In this document: positions 24,773-33,896 of the stretch, one piece after another
Numbering within the stretch: position 1 is the first letter of the stretch
How the letters are laid out: each line of letters starts with the position of its first letter
Virus record (IMG/VR): IMGVR_UViG_3300005805_000010
Location: 1-33,896 of that record
Direction: 5' to 3' (one strand)
DNA length: 33,896 bases
Source: a virus
Taxonomy: Duplodnaviria; Caudoviricetes
Made by a program: the position numbers and the translations under genes
The notes under the pieces: model-generated
Told to the model about the DNA's origin: nothing
The model's input: only the letters and a program-made list of their open reading frames with translations
Database searches by the model: none

Positions 24773-25636
24773 TTAAATCCAGGTGCCAAACACTGCTACG
24801 CCATTTCTAGCAAACATTGGGTCTCGCATGTGACCTCCGGCATATAACACTTTGCCGTTCTGATCTCTGCTAAACTCTTCGTTAAGTTGCATATCGAATC
24901 TTGGCCGGATGCTATCAAGCCCGTGTATCTCTGCAAACCTTTCTAAAATGCCCTGCTCCAGTAGCTTTTCTTGGAAAATACTTTGGTCTGTATTGGCTAA
25001 GAATTGATTGTAAGGACCGTTGTAATACGTCCATGTCACACCACCATCTGATACGCTTCCGCTTGTATGCGTTGGTGCTGTAGCCCCTGTGGTGCCACCA
25101 GCAGTCGTCTGATAGTAATTGCCGTTGTAGAAGCAATAAGAGTTAGCAGCAAACGCTGTAGTAGTAGTCCAAGTTACTGGACGCACCGAACGGTCTGCAA
25201 TGTACTCAAAGATAATGATGTCGCCGCTATAGGACGCACCTGGGGTTGGTGAGATAAGCAGCTCAGAGTTAGTAATGCCTCTGATTTGGAATCTTTGATA
25301 AACGGCTGTGTTAAGTCCAAAACCCTGAATCTCTGCAAATTCTTGCTCAGTCATTGGACCAAGGACTCTCCAACGAGTGCTTTGGTTCCAAAAGGTTTCA
25401 TAGTGATAATAAGAAAAAGCCGCTGGTAGTTGGTAAGTTGCCTGACCTCCTACCAGCGTTATCGAACCAGAAGCGTAGCACTTGGGCCATGGATACGCTT
25501 CAAAGATGTCACGGTTGATTCTATTAGCAATGGCAAGGAGCTGCTTAGTTGTAACCTCTGTAGAAGCGAGAACATTGCTTTCTACGGTATAGCCAGCTTC
25601 ATTTGCAACATTTTGAATAACCGTTGAAATCGTCAT
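24773..25636 (-). CDS. Head-tail adaptor-like protein with an inserted aromatic/Thr-rich module
   Basis: LLAIANR...YPW...LVGGQATYQLP...LISPTP pattern of podovirus adaptors. Confidence 0.65.
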   Translation of the reverse strand: MTISTVIQNVANEAGYTVESNVLASTEVTTKQLLAIANRINRDIFEAYPWPKCYASGSITLVGGQATYQLPAAFSYYHYETFWNQSTRWRVLGPMTEQEFAEIQGFGLNTAVYQRFQIRGITNSELLISPTPGASYSGDIIIFEYIADRSVRPVTWTTTTAFAANSYCFYNGNYYQTTAGGTTGATAPTHTSGSVSDGGVTWTYYNGPYNQFLANTDQSIFQEKLLEQGILERFAEIHGLDSIRPRFDMQLNEEFSRDQNGKVLYAGGHMRDPMFARNGVAVFGTWI

Positions 25637-26325
25637 ACTTTTCTAGGTCGTCCTCTCCGTCTTACTTCTTGCACTTCACTTCGCTCGTCCTGTGCTTCGA
25701 TGATGCCCTCTTCAAGAGCCTCAAGTGGCGGGATCACCTCCTTTCGTTGGTCACGAAGGTCAATGCCTTCATTAGCCTCAACACGTTGAAGCAAAAGTTC
25801 AACCTTGTGTTCTAATTGTTTACGACGAGAAGTTTCTACATCAAGCAACTGCCTTAGCTTAACCACATCAGCTTGCTCGGACTTAGCGGCAGCAAGCCAC
25901 TCTTGAGCCAGCTTTACAAACTTCGACAATGGACCGAGCTTGCGTTTTACCTCGTCAGAAGCAGAAGCAAGTTGTTCGATTGTCTTAAAGCCAAGGTACT
26001 GCAATTCACGCATAGCGGAACCAGTCATCAATGGCCATTCAGCTAAAGGCGAACCTTCCGATACTGGCTCAGAGCCAGCTTTAAAACGAGCATAGAGTTC
26101 AGGGTACTCGGCCATGTCCTGTGGCTCAATCTTACGAACCGTCTCGTCCATTCCAGGCCATTGGATGCTGATAGAAGGAATCTCGTCGAAAATAGGACGA
26201 CCTTCATGCAAAGACTTTTCTCTGTTCTCGTTGTAAGCGTAGAAGAACTTTATGTTGGCCCCGCTATACCGTTTCTTCGGTTGCGAGTTGCCATTCATTA
26301 CGCTCTGCCAATCAATTTGTGCCAT
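25633..26325 (-). CDS. Hypothetical phage protein with coiled coil and basic tail
   Basis: GRPIFDE...GSPLAEWP...GFKTIEQLA; RRRGRPRK end; AGGAG RBS. Confidence 0.75.
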   Translation of the reverse strand: MAQIDWQSVMNGNSQPKKRYSGANIKFFYAYNENREKSLHEGRPIFDEIPSISIQWPGMDETVRKIEPQDMAEYPELYARFKAGSEPVSEGSPLAEWPLMTGSAMRELQYLGFKTIEQLASASDEVKRKLGPLSKFVKLAQEWLAAAKSEQADVVKLRQLLDVETSRRKQLEHKVELLLQRVEANEGIDLRDQRKEVIPPLEALEEGIIEAQDERSEVQEVRRRGRPRKV

Positions 26326-26378
26326 TTAATAGCTCCTATAAAGGTTAATAGGCTAAATGCCTGATTACCTTTATATCA

Positions 26379-26702
26379 CTAACCTTCAATGACAGTAACA
26401 GTGTTAATTGTACCGCCAGAGGTCTGATAAGCCGTTATAGCCCCTGCTGGCACACACGTTCCGTCAAACCGTATTACATTACTCCCTGCCGTACTTGGCA
26501 AAACGTAGCAGAGGTTAGTCGCAGTAGGAGCTATTCCTGTTAGGGTAGCGCCACTAAAACTGAGTGCTACATTTGCCGCTGAATTGTTTTGAATAAGCAG
26601 GAAGTTACGGAAGGTTTTAGCTGCCAAAATGGTAGTGCTAGAAGCTGTGTTAATGGTGGGAGTGGTAATCGTTAAATTCCCTGAATGTGCCACTGCTGTC
26701 AT
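26379..26702 (-). CDS. Small beta-rich virion protein
   Basis: Thr/Ala-rich; RNFLLIQN; AGGA RBS. Confidence 0.7.
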   Translation of the reverse strand: MTAVAHSGNLTITTPTINTASSTTILAAKTFRNFLLIQNNSAANVALSFSGATLTGIAPTATNLCYVLPSTAGSNVIRFDGTCVPAGAITAYQTSGGTINTVTVIEG

Positions 26703-26713
26703 AGATATCCTAT

Positions 26714-26740
26714 AAAATTTGGGGGCTTTTCACCCCCATT
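26714..26740 (-). terminator. Terminator-like hairpin
   Basis: TGGGGG-tgaaaag-CCCCCA followed by AATTTT on the - strand. Confidence 0.5.
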
Positions 26741-26744
26741 GAGC

Positions 26745-27050
26745 TTATACAGCCTTAGTGAACTTGAGGTAGAAGTAAGAAGTACCGTTTGACACTACTA
26801 CAAAGCAGTTAGTGTCAGCGTCAGCATCTTTTACAACACCTACAAATCCACTGCCGACAGTCGCTGGAGCGCCGAACGAAGTCGTAAGCTCTGCCGCTGT
26901 TGGGGTTGTGTCATTGACATTGTTGATTGCTTGTTTGGTACGAACACCGGCAGCGGTAGCATTAACTACGTTGCTGTTGACGCCATCAGAAACTGCCGAA
27001 GCAAGCTCCGCTGGCATACCAAGTCCAATCAATGTGGTTGCGCTTGCCAT
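26745..27050 (-). CDS. Small virion protein
   Basis: AAGGA RBS; Ala/Thr/Val-rich. Confidence 0.7.
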   Translation of the reverse strand: MASATTLIGLGMPAELASAVSDGVNSNVVNATAAGVRTKQAINNVNDTTPTAAELTTSFGAPATVGSGFVGVVKDADADTNCFVVVSNGTSYFYLKFTKAV

Positions 27051-27064
27051 ATTGAAATCCTTGT

Positions 27065-27095
27065 AAAAAGGGGCGCTGTACTAGCCGCCCCGTTT
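27065..27095 (-). terminator. Rho-independent terminator after the capsid genes
   Basis: GGGGCG-gctagtacag-CGCCCC-TTTTT on the - strand. Confidence 0.7.
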
Positions 27096-27097
27096 AA

Positions 27098-27583
27098 CTA
27101 ATTCACTCGAAGGTATCCGCTTGATTTAAGCTCAACCGAACCAGCACCTACAACGGTAGTAAGTCCTACAGCGTTATGAATACGAGTGGTTGAAGTATCA
27201 TCAGCAACACCATCAGTAGCAGTTGTGTTGAGGTTAGCATCAGCAGCGTAGCTTGCAGCCACTTTGCCTTTGATACCCGAACCAACTCCTCCCCCACCTG
27301 GACCGCCGATCCAAACCCAGAGGTATTCGTTGTCAGCAGCAGCTACCTGAGCAACACCTACCTGAAGGTTATTAGAACCAGCGTTAGTGGTTGTAAGCTC
27401 ATCAGCCTGTCCATCGTCAGAAATTTTGACGAAAGCATACTGTGCAACTGCACCATCAGCCTGAACAAAGATGAATTTGCCCTCTGGCAAAGAACCTACA
27501 GCGCCAACAGTAGCTGGCAACGGAAGCTCAGTTCCAGTGAACGACTTCTTATAATTAACTCCAAATGATCCCGAACCTGACAT
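27098..27583 (-). CDS. Capsid decoration/cement-like protein
   Basis: Directly after the MCP; GGAGG RBS; GVAQVAAADNEYLWV. Confidence 0.65.
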   Translation of the reverse strand: MSGSGSFGVNYKKSFTGTELPLPATVGAVGSLPEGKFIFVQADGAVAQYAFVKISDDGQADELTTTNAGSNNLQVGVAQVAAADNEYLWVWIGGPGGGGVGSGIKGKVAASYAADANLNTTATDGVADDTSTTRIHNAVGLTTVVGAGSVELKSSGYLRVN

Positions 27584-27601
27584 ATTCTGTTTCCTCCACT
27601 A

Positions 27602-28558
27602 TTAAGCGTAAATTACAGCCTGGAGTGCAGGAGCAGCGCAGCAGAGGTTTCCTTCAACGATAATTACCGTGAAGAAAGCATCTTGATCAACCGGTCGAGC
27701 CATCTCTGGAGCGAGCGGTTTGAAATCTGCACCACGAACCAAATCCATTGACCAGTACTTCGTATTAAGAAGTCGGCATGAATTAGTCTCAAGCACTGAA
27801 GAACCGTATCCACCGTCGAACACGAAATCGCATCCGTCGTACTGAAGCACACGGAATCCAGCTACAGCTTTCTTGGTAGGAAGCTGAATACGCTGAATAG
27901 CGGTGAGAGAGCTGTGGAGGTACTTCCAAGCTACACGATCCATGATTCCAAGGTCAGGCTGCTCATCGCCACGAGTAACTTGCGAAATCGTGTCGGTGAT
28001 AGTCTCCTGAACATTAGAAGCGGAAAGGGTTGTGTTTACTGCAAGGTTACGAGCCCATGTGTTCGATGCACGATCAATGGTTCCGTATGTTCCGCTCGAT
28101 GGGGATGTAGAAATTGCTTTCTTCAAACCATCAAACTCAAGTCCTCCGCTTCCAGTTCCATCGCCACGAAGCGAGGTAGAAACGGTATTCTTGAGACGAG
28201 CTACAGCAGCCTTAATCTTGCTTTCTGCAAGGTCAAGGAGAGCTGCTTCGTCACGGTTAGCACGACGATCACGTCCAGAGATTGCTACAGGCTCATAGCA
28301 CTGCTTGATAGCAAATCGGAACGCCGTAAGGTCGTCGATTGCAGCAAGGTTGAACGAATCAAATCCAGCGTAGAAACCACCCTGAGCTGCATCATTGTAC
28401 ATGATGGGCTTACGGAGTTCATATCCACCAGAAAATTTACGAATAAGTCCCTGATCGTCAAGAGAAGCCAAAACTGGATTGTGGTGAAGAACCTCATCCG
28501 CAATAGCATCCGACTGATCGAAAAGGGTCGCTACGATTGCCTCTTCCAAATTAGCCAT
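27602..28558 (-). CDS. Major capsid protein
   Basis: 318 aa following the scaffold; GDGTGSGGLEFDGL, QRI and GFRVLQYDG motifs; GAGGA RBS. Confidence 0.85.
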   Translation of the reverse strand: MANLEEAIVATLFDQSDAIADEVLHHNPVLASLDDQGLIRKFSGGYELRKPIMYNDAAQGGFYAGFDSFNLAAIDDLTAFRFAIKQCYEPVAISGRDRRANRDEAALLDLAESKIKAAVARLKNTVSTSLRGDGTGSGGLEFDGLKKAISTSPSSGTYGTIDRASNTWARNLAVNTTLSASNVQETITDTISQVTRGDEQPDLGIMDRVAWKYLHSSLTAIQRIQLPTKKAVAGFRVLQYDGCDFVFDGGYGSSVLETNSCRLLNTKYWSMDLVRGADFKPLAPEMARPVDQDAFFTVIIVEGNLCCAAPALQAVIYA

Positions 28559-28607
28559 TTTAATTATCCTCTAAAGTTTAGTGGACAACCTAGTGGCTAA
28601 GATTTGG

Positions 28608-29645
28608 CTAATCGCCAGTCATGCGCCGCCGCAGGTTATCCCGAATATCTTTCGTTACTACCCTGGGGGTTCCGCTGCCAGCAGAGCCAGATATTGATTT
28701 AGCAGCTTGCTTTGCCTTTTGCGTGGCTTGCATTTGCTGCTGTATGACCGGCTTGGCCTGAAGTTTTTGATTCAGGTTGGCAAATACCGGATTACCATTC
28801 ACCACATAATTATAGGCAGTTTCTAGGATTTCCTCTTGGGAGCTATATCTGCCTGTCTGGGTTAAAGCTCGTACCACGGGGGCCATTTCACCTTCTAGTT
28901 GACTAGCGGTTTCTGGGTCGCGGAACAAAGGCTTCTGGTTCATAAAAGATTCTACAATCTTTTGGTTGATGTACTCAACTGCCTTTTTTTCTTGCTCTTG
29001 GTGCATTGACTGCCAACGCTCCTCGGCTATGCGCTCAGCTTCCTCTCTCGTCAGATAATTTGATGCTTGTTGGACTGGCTGAACCGGCGTTTGATAATCA
29101 CCAACTAAATCTTCTGGTGAAAGGCCATAGGATTCTAGCCATTCTCGTGCGGTAGACAGAGGATCATTACGCATTGCTCTGTCCCAAGCAACAGAGCGTT
29201 TTGCTACGTCTTGGATGGAAATACCTTCTTTAGCGTAATCTTCCTCGTATTGCTTTATAGTGTTGTAAACTGTCGAGTTACGTTCGATAAGTTGATTAAG
29301 CTCTTGGGCTTTGCGGTCATACTGAGTGCGAGTTTCGTGAGCCCTACGGTTTAGGTAACCTTGAAGCACATGAGAGTTTTCAGACGTAGGATTCAGGAAA
29401 GCCTCTTTTTCGGCTTTGTTCATGTCAGCCGGAGGTGCATAAACAATCTGCTCAGATTGTGCCGCTGGTGCAGAGGTTTCAACCTCGGAATCCTGTTCCT
29501 TGGTTTCTTCAACTGCATCTGTCTTACTTACTTCATCATTTTGACTATGAAGCTGCTTACGCAATGAATGACGGATTTGTAAATCACCTTCATTTCGATC
29601 AGGGGTTACATCTTCAGGAGTTACTTCGGTTACATTCTCATCCAT
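28608..29645 (-). CDS. Capsid scaffolding protein
   Basis: Acidic N-terminus, helical body, AAKSISGSAG C-terminus; directly upstream of the MCP. Confidence 0.75.
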   Translation of the reverse strand: MDENVTEVTPEDVTPDRNEGDLQIRHSLRKQLHSQNDEVSKTDAVEETKEQDSEVETSAPAAQSEQIVYAPPADMNKAEKEAFLNPTSENSHVLQGYLNRRAHETRTQYDRKAQELNQLIERNSTVYNTIKQYEEDYAKEGISIQDVAKRSVAWDRAMRNDPLSTAREWLESYGLSPEDLVGDYQTPVQPVQQASNYLTREEAERIAEERWQSMHQEQEKKAVEYINQKIVESFMNQKPLFRDPETASQLEGEMAPVVRALTQTGRYSSQEEILETAYNYVVNGNPVFANLNQKLQAKPVIQQQMQATQKAKQAAKSISGSAGSGTPRVVTKDIRDNLRRRMTGD

Positions 29646-29955
29646 TTCTATACCTTTCTATCATCTTTGCTTTTATGTTTTGGACGAGTCTACGCTCAGT
29701 AGCGCCTGATTCTCTTTCAGGTCTATAACCTCTGTCGTAGGCATCGCCCACTTCTATTGCACCAGCCGCACGATAAGCGGCTCGTAATTTACTTTTGCTT
29801 GTATAAACTTCTTTAGGGTTAAGAGGGTTTCGAGTTGGTTCCATCTCGTCCTGTATGAACAAGTCTCGTGCATGTGATTGATACTCTCTATGTACTTCTT
29901 CGATTGGCACAACTTTTTGTTGCTTGTGACAATACTGGTACAATTTATATTTCAT
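29638..29955 (-). CDS. Hypothetical protein upstream of the scaffold
   Basis: IQDEMEPTRNP...YTSKSKLR...EVG; overlaps both neighbours. Confidence 0.7.
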   Translation of the reverse strand: MKYKLYQYCHKQQKVVPIEEVHREYQSHARDLFIQDEMEPTRNPLNPKEVYTSKSKLRAAYRAAGAIEVGDAYDRGYRPERESGATERRLVQNIKAKMIERYRNG

Positions 29956-31361
29956 AGTTCATCCATAGTAGCGAGCATAAGGAGAGCCCTAAGTTGTTTG
30001 TTCTTTTTTATCATAGCTTGATGCTGCGCTACAATTTGCCCGATCTCTTCCTGCTGTTCTGCTGTTATTGATTCTGATGCTTCTATCTCAACTTGCGGAG
30101 CCTCTTCAGATTCAACTCCTATCTTTATCTCGAAAGGTTTTTTAACCGCCTTCGTTGGCTCTGGCTTATTCTGCCTGGCTTTTAGAATTTGTGCTGCGAC
30201 GTTTTCTTCGTCTAATTCCTCTTGTTTTTTCTTACGACGTTTTTTTAGACCGCGATTGAGAATATCAGAATTGTCCGTGGAGGCAGTGATAAGTTCAACA
30301 ATTGGATTACGAACGATTGTGGTTGCTGCAATCAAATTGAGTAGAATATCTACTGCACCAGCAGTCACTGTAGGATTATAAACCTGCGTAGTGGCAGGTA
30401 TCAGATCAAGGTTGATGAAATCGCCAGTTTCAACAGTTGGTTGATACACCGTGGTAGTTGCAGCAATTGCATTGAGGCTTATGTTAGCAGTTGCAGCAAT
30501 TGTGGGATTATAGACTGTAGTGGTAGCAGCAATAGCATTAAGGTTGATGCTGGAAGTCGCTGCGATGGTAGGATTATGGACAGTAGTTGTCGCTGCGATA
30601 GTGTTTAGCGAAATATTTTGTACCGTAGCAATGTTGTACTGCGCTACGGTGCTCTGTCGAAAACCTGCGCCTCGACCGCAAGTATAAAGAGACCTGACTT
30701 CACTGGCAGTGAGAGCGCGATTGTACAGCCGCACGTCATCCATGCAGCCGTTAAAATAGGTACTAATGGCATTTCGTATTGTTGCGCCGATACCGAATCG
30801 ATCCCAGGTTGTTCCTGTATTGCCGCTGTAACTTGCTTGCGAGGCTTCTTCAATGCCGTTGATATACAATCGTGCGCCGACAGAACCATTTCCTCCGTTG
30901 ATGGCTGCGACGTGAATCCATTTGTCCGTATTTACGGCAGAGGTCGAGGTAATGTTGAAGTTTACGGTTCCCGCGCCGTTACGAATGAAGAATTGCAACA
31001 AAGTGTTGTTTGTAGCGTCTGCTCGCAAAAATATTGACGGGTCACTCGTCGCTGTAACACCAGCACTGAATACCGTTCCAAAGCCTGCGGTGGCGGTTTT
31101 GAACCATCCTGAGAACGAAAACTGCCGATCTCTGACCGATTCTTCAAATTGATTTCCGTTGCTGCTGACGACGTAGTTGTTTGTGCCGTCAAAGTTTAGA
31201 GCCCAGCCGCCATCCGTCACCCAATCGGTAGACGGAGAAAACCCGTTCATCGTTCCGTGATTACGGTTGTTTGAGCGGTCGAAAAGTTGTTGATTTCCAG
31301 TAGGGCCAGCCCACGGCAACCACCAACAAAATAAACCGTGTTGCGGTGGACGCCGCGCCAT
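29952..31361 (-). CDS. LamG/concanavalin A-like domain protein with repeat stalk
   Basis: ALNFDGTNNYV, FSFSGWFK, KWIHVA, RLYING, FNGCMDDVRLYNRALTASEV; five repeats of about 22 aa. Confidence 0.85.
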   Translation of the reverse strand: MARRPPQHGLFCWWLPWAGPTGNQQLFDRSNNRNHGTMNGFSPSTDWVTDGGWALNFDGTNNYVVSSNGNQFEESVRDRQFSFSGWFKTATAGFGTVFSAGVTATSDPSIFLRADATNNTLLQFFIRNGAGTVNFNITSTSAVNTDKWIHVAAINGGNGSVGARLYINGIEEASQASYSGNTGTTWDRFGIGATIRNAISTYFNGCMDDVRLYNRALTASEVRSLYTCGRGAGFRQSTVAQYNIATVQNISLNTIAATTTVHNPTIAATSSINLNAIAATTTVYNPTIAATANISLNAIAATTTVYQPTVETGDFINLDLIPATTQVYNPTVTAGAVDILLNLIAATTIVRNPIVELITASTDNSDILNRGLKKRRKKKQEELDEENVAAQILKARQNKPEPTKAVKKPFEIKIGVESEEAPQVEIEASESITAEQQEEIGQIVAQHQAMIKKNKQLRALLMLATMDEL

Positions 31362-31362
31362 A

Positions 31363-31872
31363 CTATGTCACCGTCTGGAAGACAGGCTGTAGGTAAAGAA
31401 CGTGATCTCCTGCGGTACTAGACAAAGGCTGCGCCGTGTTGTGCACAATCCAAACAGCAAATTTTGTGGGTAAAACGCCTCCAAAGATTGCAGCAACAGA
31501 GACGCCCGTAAACCAGTAAACTTCTCCCAGCACGTTATCCACGACCATTTCTGCGGCGTAACGGCAGATGGCGTTTCTGATGTTTGCTGAACTGGGAGTA
31601 AATGCTGCATCCGTTGAACCTAGTCCGTCTGGCAAAGTTGACGTATCTGCATTGCCGATTACATAGACCTGGATCGACCTGTTTGCTGTCGGAGCGGTTC
31701 CCGACGCATTAACTCGTATTTGACCGGATAGCAGATAGTCCAGATACTTGTTTGTCGTGTTATCGACTACATCCGACTGACGCCCAGCGAGTAGGTTTGT
31801 GTCGCTCGCCAAACTGGTAAGTGTGCACGTTAAAGTAGTAGCTGTGGGGTAACTAAATTTTATATCAGCCAT
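31363..31872 (-). CDS. Beta-rich hypothetical virion-associated protein
   Basis: 169 aa; GAGG RBS; overlaps the upstream gene. Confidence 0.7.
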   Translation of the reverse strand: MADIKFSYPTATTLTCTLTSLASDTNLLAGRQSDVVDNTTNKYLDYLLSGQIRVNASGTAPTANRSIQVYVIGNADTSTLPDGLGSTDAAFTPSSANIRNAICRYAAEMVVDNVLGEVYWFTGVSVAAIFGGVLPTKFAVWIVHNTAQPLSSTAGDHVLYLQPVFQTVT

Positions 31873-32311
31873 TTATCTTCCTCGCACTTTGAACGAGACC
31901 AATGCCCATTTCTGGATAATTGTTTAGCTCCGTCCATTTAACAGTTACGTTTGCCATGTCCGACATAGCTTGTTCCTCTATTGCATTGATAATGCTGTAA
32001 CCCACTAATCCGACCATCATATCCTGAGTGATTGGATCATCCATATCGACTGTTTGCAATCGGTTTCCTACGTCGTCGATCCAGGCTTTAATGTTAAGAC
32101 ACAACCTGCGTTCGCCTACGTCCGATGCTGTACATCCTTCTTCGATGGTAGCGTAGAAACCTTGCTTAATTGCGTAGGCTTTTAACGCTCCACATTCGAC
32201 GGGTTGCCGCACAACTTCAGTTTTGGCATTGATTATATCAGCAGCGTTTTGGTCGCTTTTGTCCTGATATATTGGCTTTTTTAGCTCATCGCAAAGTGCT
32301 GTGTAGTCCAT
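31865..32311 (-). CDS. Hypothetical protein (MDYTAL...)
   Basis: Start moved to ATG 32311, just after the previous stop. Confidence 0.65.
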   Translation of the reverse strand: MDYTALCDELKKPIYQDKSDQNAADIINAKTEVVRQPVECGALKAYAIKQGFYATIEEGCTASDVGERRLCLNIKAWIDDVGNRLQTVDMDDPITQDMMVGLVGYSIINAIEEQAMSDMANVTVKWTELNNYPEMGIGLVQSARKING

Positions 32312-32315
32312 AACA

Positions 32316-32741
32316 CTATATAGAGAAAATGCCTGAAGCGTTAAAGGTGACGGTGATATTACCGCCGTTTGGAGTAACAGGGAGTCCACTTGCTGCAACA
32401 TCAATAAAACAGATAAGTGAACTTGTTCCTGCTGTTCCTGTGTCTTTAAAGATAATCAGTGCTTCCACACTGACTCCTGTGACGGAAGTAAAAGTTACAT
32501 CTGCTGCATCGAATGTACCGCTTGTAACTGACTTTGAGCCGAGTGTTTGTGCAGTTCCTATCAACGCACTAGATGCCGAAGTCCAAAACTCATCCGCTGC
32601 GTTGTAGGTGTAGGTGCCTGTATCGATAAGCGCAATTTTGATTGTGTCATCAATCAGGTCAACGGCTGTACCTGACGTTGTACCAAGTGTGCCTGGGTTA
32701 AGAATCTTTTCTTTGTATTTGGGGTAAAGTACGTTTGTCAT
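32316..32741 (-). CDS. Virion structural protein
   Basis: DTIKIALI...FDAADVTF...LPVTPNGGNITVTFNASGIF resembles phage fibre/structural proteins. Confidence 0.7.
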   Translation of the reverse strand: MTNVLYPKYKEKILNPGTLGTTSGTAVDLIDDTIKIALIDTGTYTYNAADEFWTSASSALIGTAQTLGSKSVTSGTFDAADVTFTSVTGVSVEALIIFKDTGTAGTSSLICFIDVAASGLPVTPNGGNITVTFNASGIFSI

Positions 32742-32742
32742 A

Positions 32743-33896
32743 TTAGTCCATTTCCATACCTAAAACATTTCCAGTTTCATCAGTAATAAGTTTACCTACT
32801 CTTTTCTCAGGTTCTTCTGTAATTTCGATACCCACAGGATTACCTAAGTCATCTGTAATGATGGTGCCTCGCTTCTTCTTCTTTGGCTTTTCCATTTGAA
32901 CAATCTGCGGGGTCTGTGATGGTGTGATTGGCCGTTGCAAAAGTTCCATGCTTCTACCAATCTTTTCAATTTGCAGTTCTGCTTGTAAACGACGCTCCTC
33001 CATAAGTTTCTCAGACTCAGAAAGTTTGATTCGCAGTTGTTCAAGCTCCAGTTTTTGCAGGTCAAGGATTTGAGCCATGCGATTTGTTTCTTGCTGAATT
33101 GCTTGTTTATTGGCATCAGATTGAGACGATGCTTGAACTTTAAGCATTTCAACTTGAACTTGAGATTGTTTGATTTGAAGTTCTTGTTGAGAAACTTGAA
33201 GTTCTTGTTGTTTAAGGTACTGCTCAAATTGCTGGTCTTGAACTTTAAGTTGAGCCTCAAGTTGATCACGTTGCATCTTGAGTTGCTGGTCTTGATAACT
33301 AAGTTGGTTCTTAGTTGACTTGTCCTGCATCTCCATCTGCGTTACTTGCAGCCTAGCTTGTGACTCAATCTGCGCTATTTGCAAGCGTCCTTGAACCTCT
33401 TGCATCGTAGGATCTGGCGGTGGCGGTTGTTTAGCTGCTTCCTCTTTAGCTTTAGAAATTTCACCAATTTGCGTAAGAGCTTTTGTAAACAGGCCATCGA
33501 TCTCCTTGCCTCCCTTGTAGCGTTTGATCATGTTTTGGAACAACGAGATAGAGAAGTCGATCAAAGGTGGATACTGTTCGATGAGCCCACGCATTTGGTC
33601 GAAAAAAGCACCTGCTGTTTGAATTAGCATGGTAGCTTCTTGTTGTTGCTGTTGTTGGTCGATAGCCATCATGGAATCAGTAGCAATTTGGATTCGATAG
33701 CTCCGCTTCTTATCGTCCCGCAATATCTCTAGGATTTGTCCCTTGACCCTATCAATCTCTGCAAAGGGGTCGTAAGGCGGTGGCATTGGTGGAGCCATCT
33801 CAGGCATGGGAGGCATCATACCTGTCTCATCCTGTGGCATAGGTTCTGGTGCAGGAGGAGGTGGGGGAGGTGGTGGCAAAGTAGGTTCGATGAGAG
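32743..33896 (-). CDS. Portal protein, C-terminal part (poly-Pro linker, Gln-rich coiled coil)
   Basis: In frame with 1503..1 through the 38-bp overlap; LRDDKKRSYRIQIATDS. Confidence 0.85.
   Translation of the reverse strand, partial: LIEPTLPPPPPPPPAPEPMPQDETGMMPPMPEMAPPMPPPYDPFAEIDRVKGQILEILRDDKKRSYRIQIATDSMMAIDQQQQQQEATMLIQTAGAFFDQMRGLIEQYPPLIDFSISLFQNMIKRYKGGKEIDGLFTKALTQIGEISKAKEEAAKQPPPPDPTMQEVQGRLQIAQIESQARLQVTQMEMQDKSTKNQLSYQDQQLKMQRDQLEAQLKVQDQQFEQYLKQQELQVSQQELQIKQSQVQVEMLKVQASSQSDANKQAIQQETNRMAQILDLQKLELEQLRIKLSESEKLMEERRLQAELQIEKIGRSMELLQRPITPSQTPQIVQMEKPKKKKRGTIITDDLGNPVGIEITEEPEKRVGKLITDETGNVLGMEMD
33859..33896. repeat. Terminal direct repeat, right copy
   Basis: Identical to 1-38. 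Confidence 0.97.

Noticed and set aside
16536-25627. Many 60-120 aa + strand ORFs across the virion genes
   Set aside because: Antisense shadows of Ala/Gln/Gly-rich genes with no independent support
27914-28600. 228-aa + strand ORF antisense to the major capsid gene
   Set aside because: No recognisable motif, RBS or domain, unlike the intein HNH; best explained as a shadow ORF

Overview
The window looks like a complete, circularly assembled tailed-phage genome of about 33.86 kb: bases 1-38 are identical to 33859-33896, and the portal gene reads in frame across the join. It has a podovirus-like late module on the - strand (terS, terL, portal, LamG cassette, scaffold, major capsid, adaptor/hub, ejection proteins with a lytic transglycosylase, chaperone-bearing tail fibre, lysis cassette). 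The early region is mostly + strand (lambda-O-like initiator with an internal iteron origin, Bet recombinase, putative ssDNA-binding paralogues, DUF551 pair, HNH, Holliday junction resolvase). I recognise no integrase, DNA polymerase, primase, helicase, tRNA or CRISPR array. The main discovery candidate is a 345-aa intein in the terminase large subunit. It has no recognisable in-frame endonuclease, but the opposite strand carries a complete 277-aa HNH plus triple-HTH endonuclease gene with its own near-consensus sigma70 promoter and RBS, all inside the intein DNA. Second is a type II hammerhead ribozyme fold with a G5A core variant between two early genes. All calls are by eye from motifs; no database search was run.
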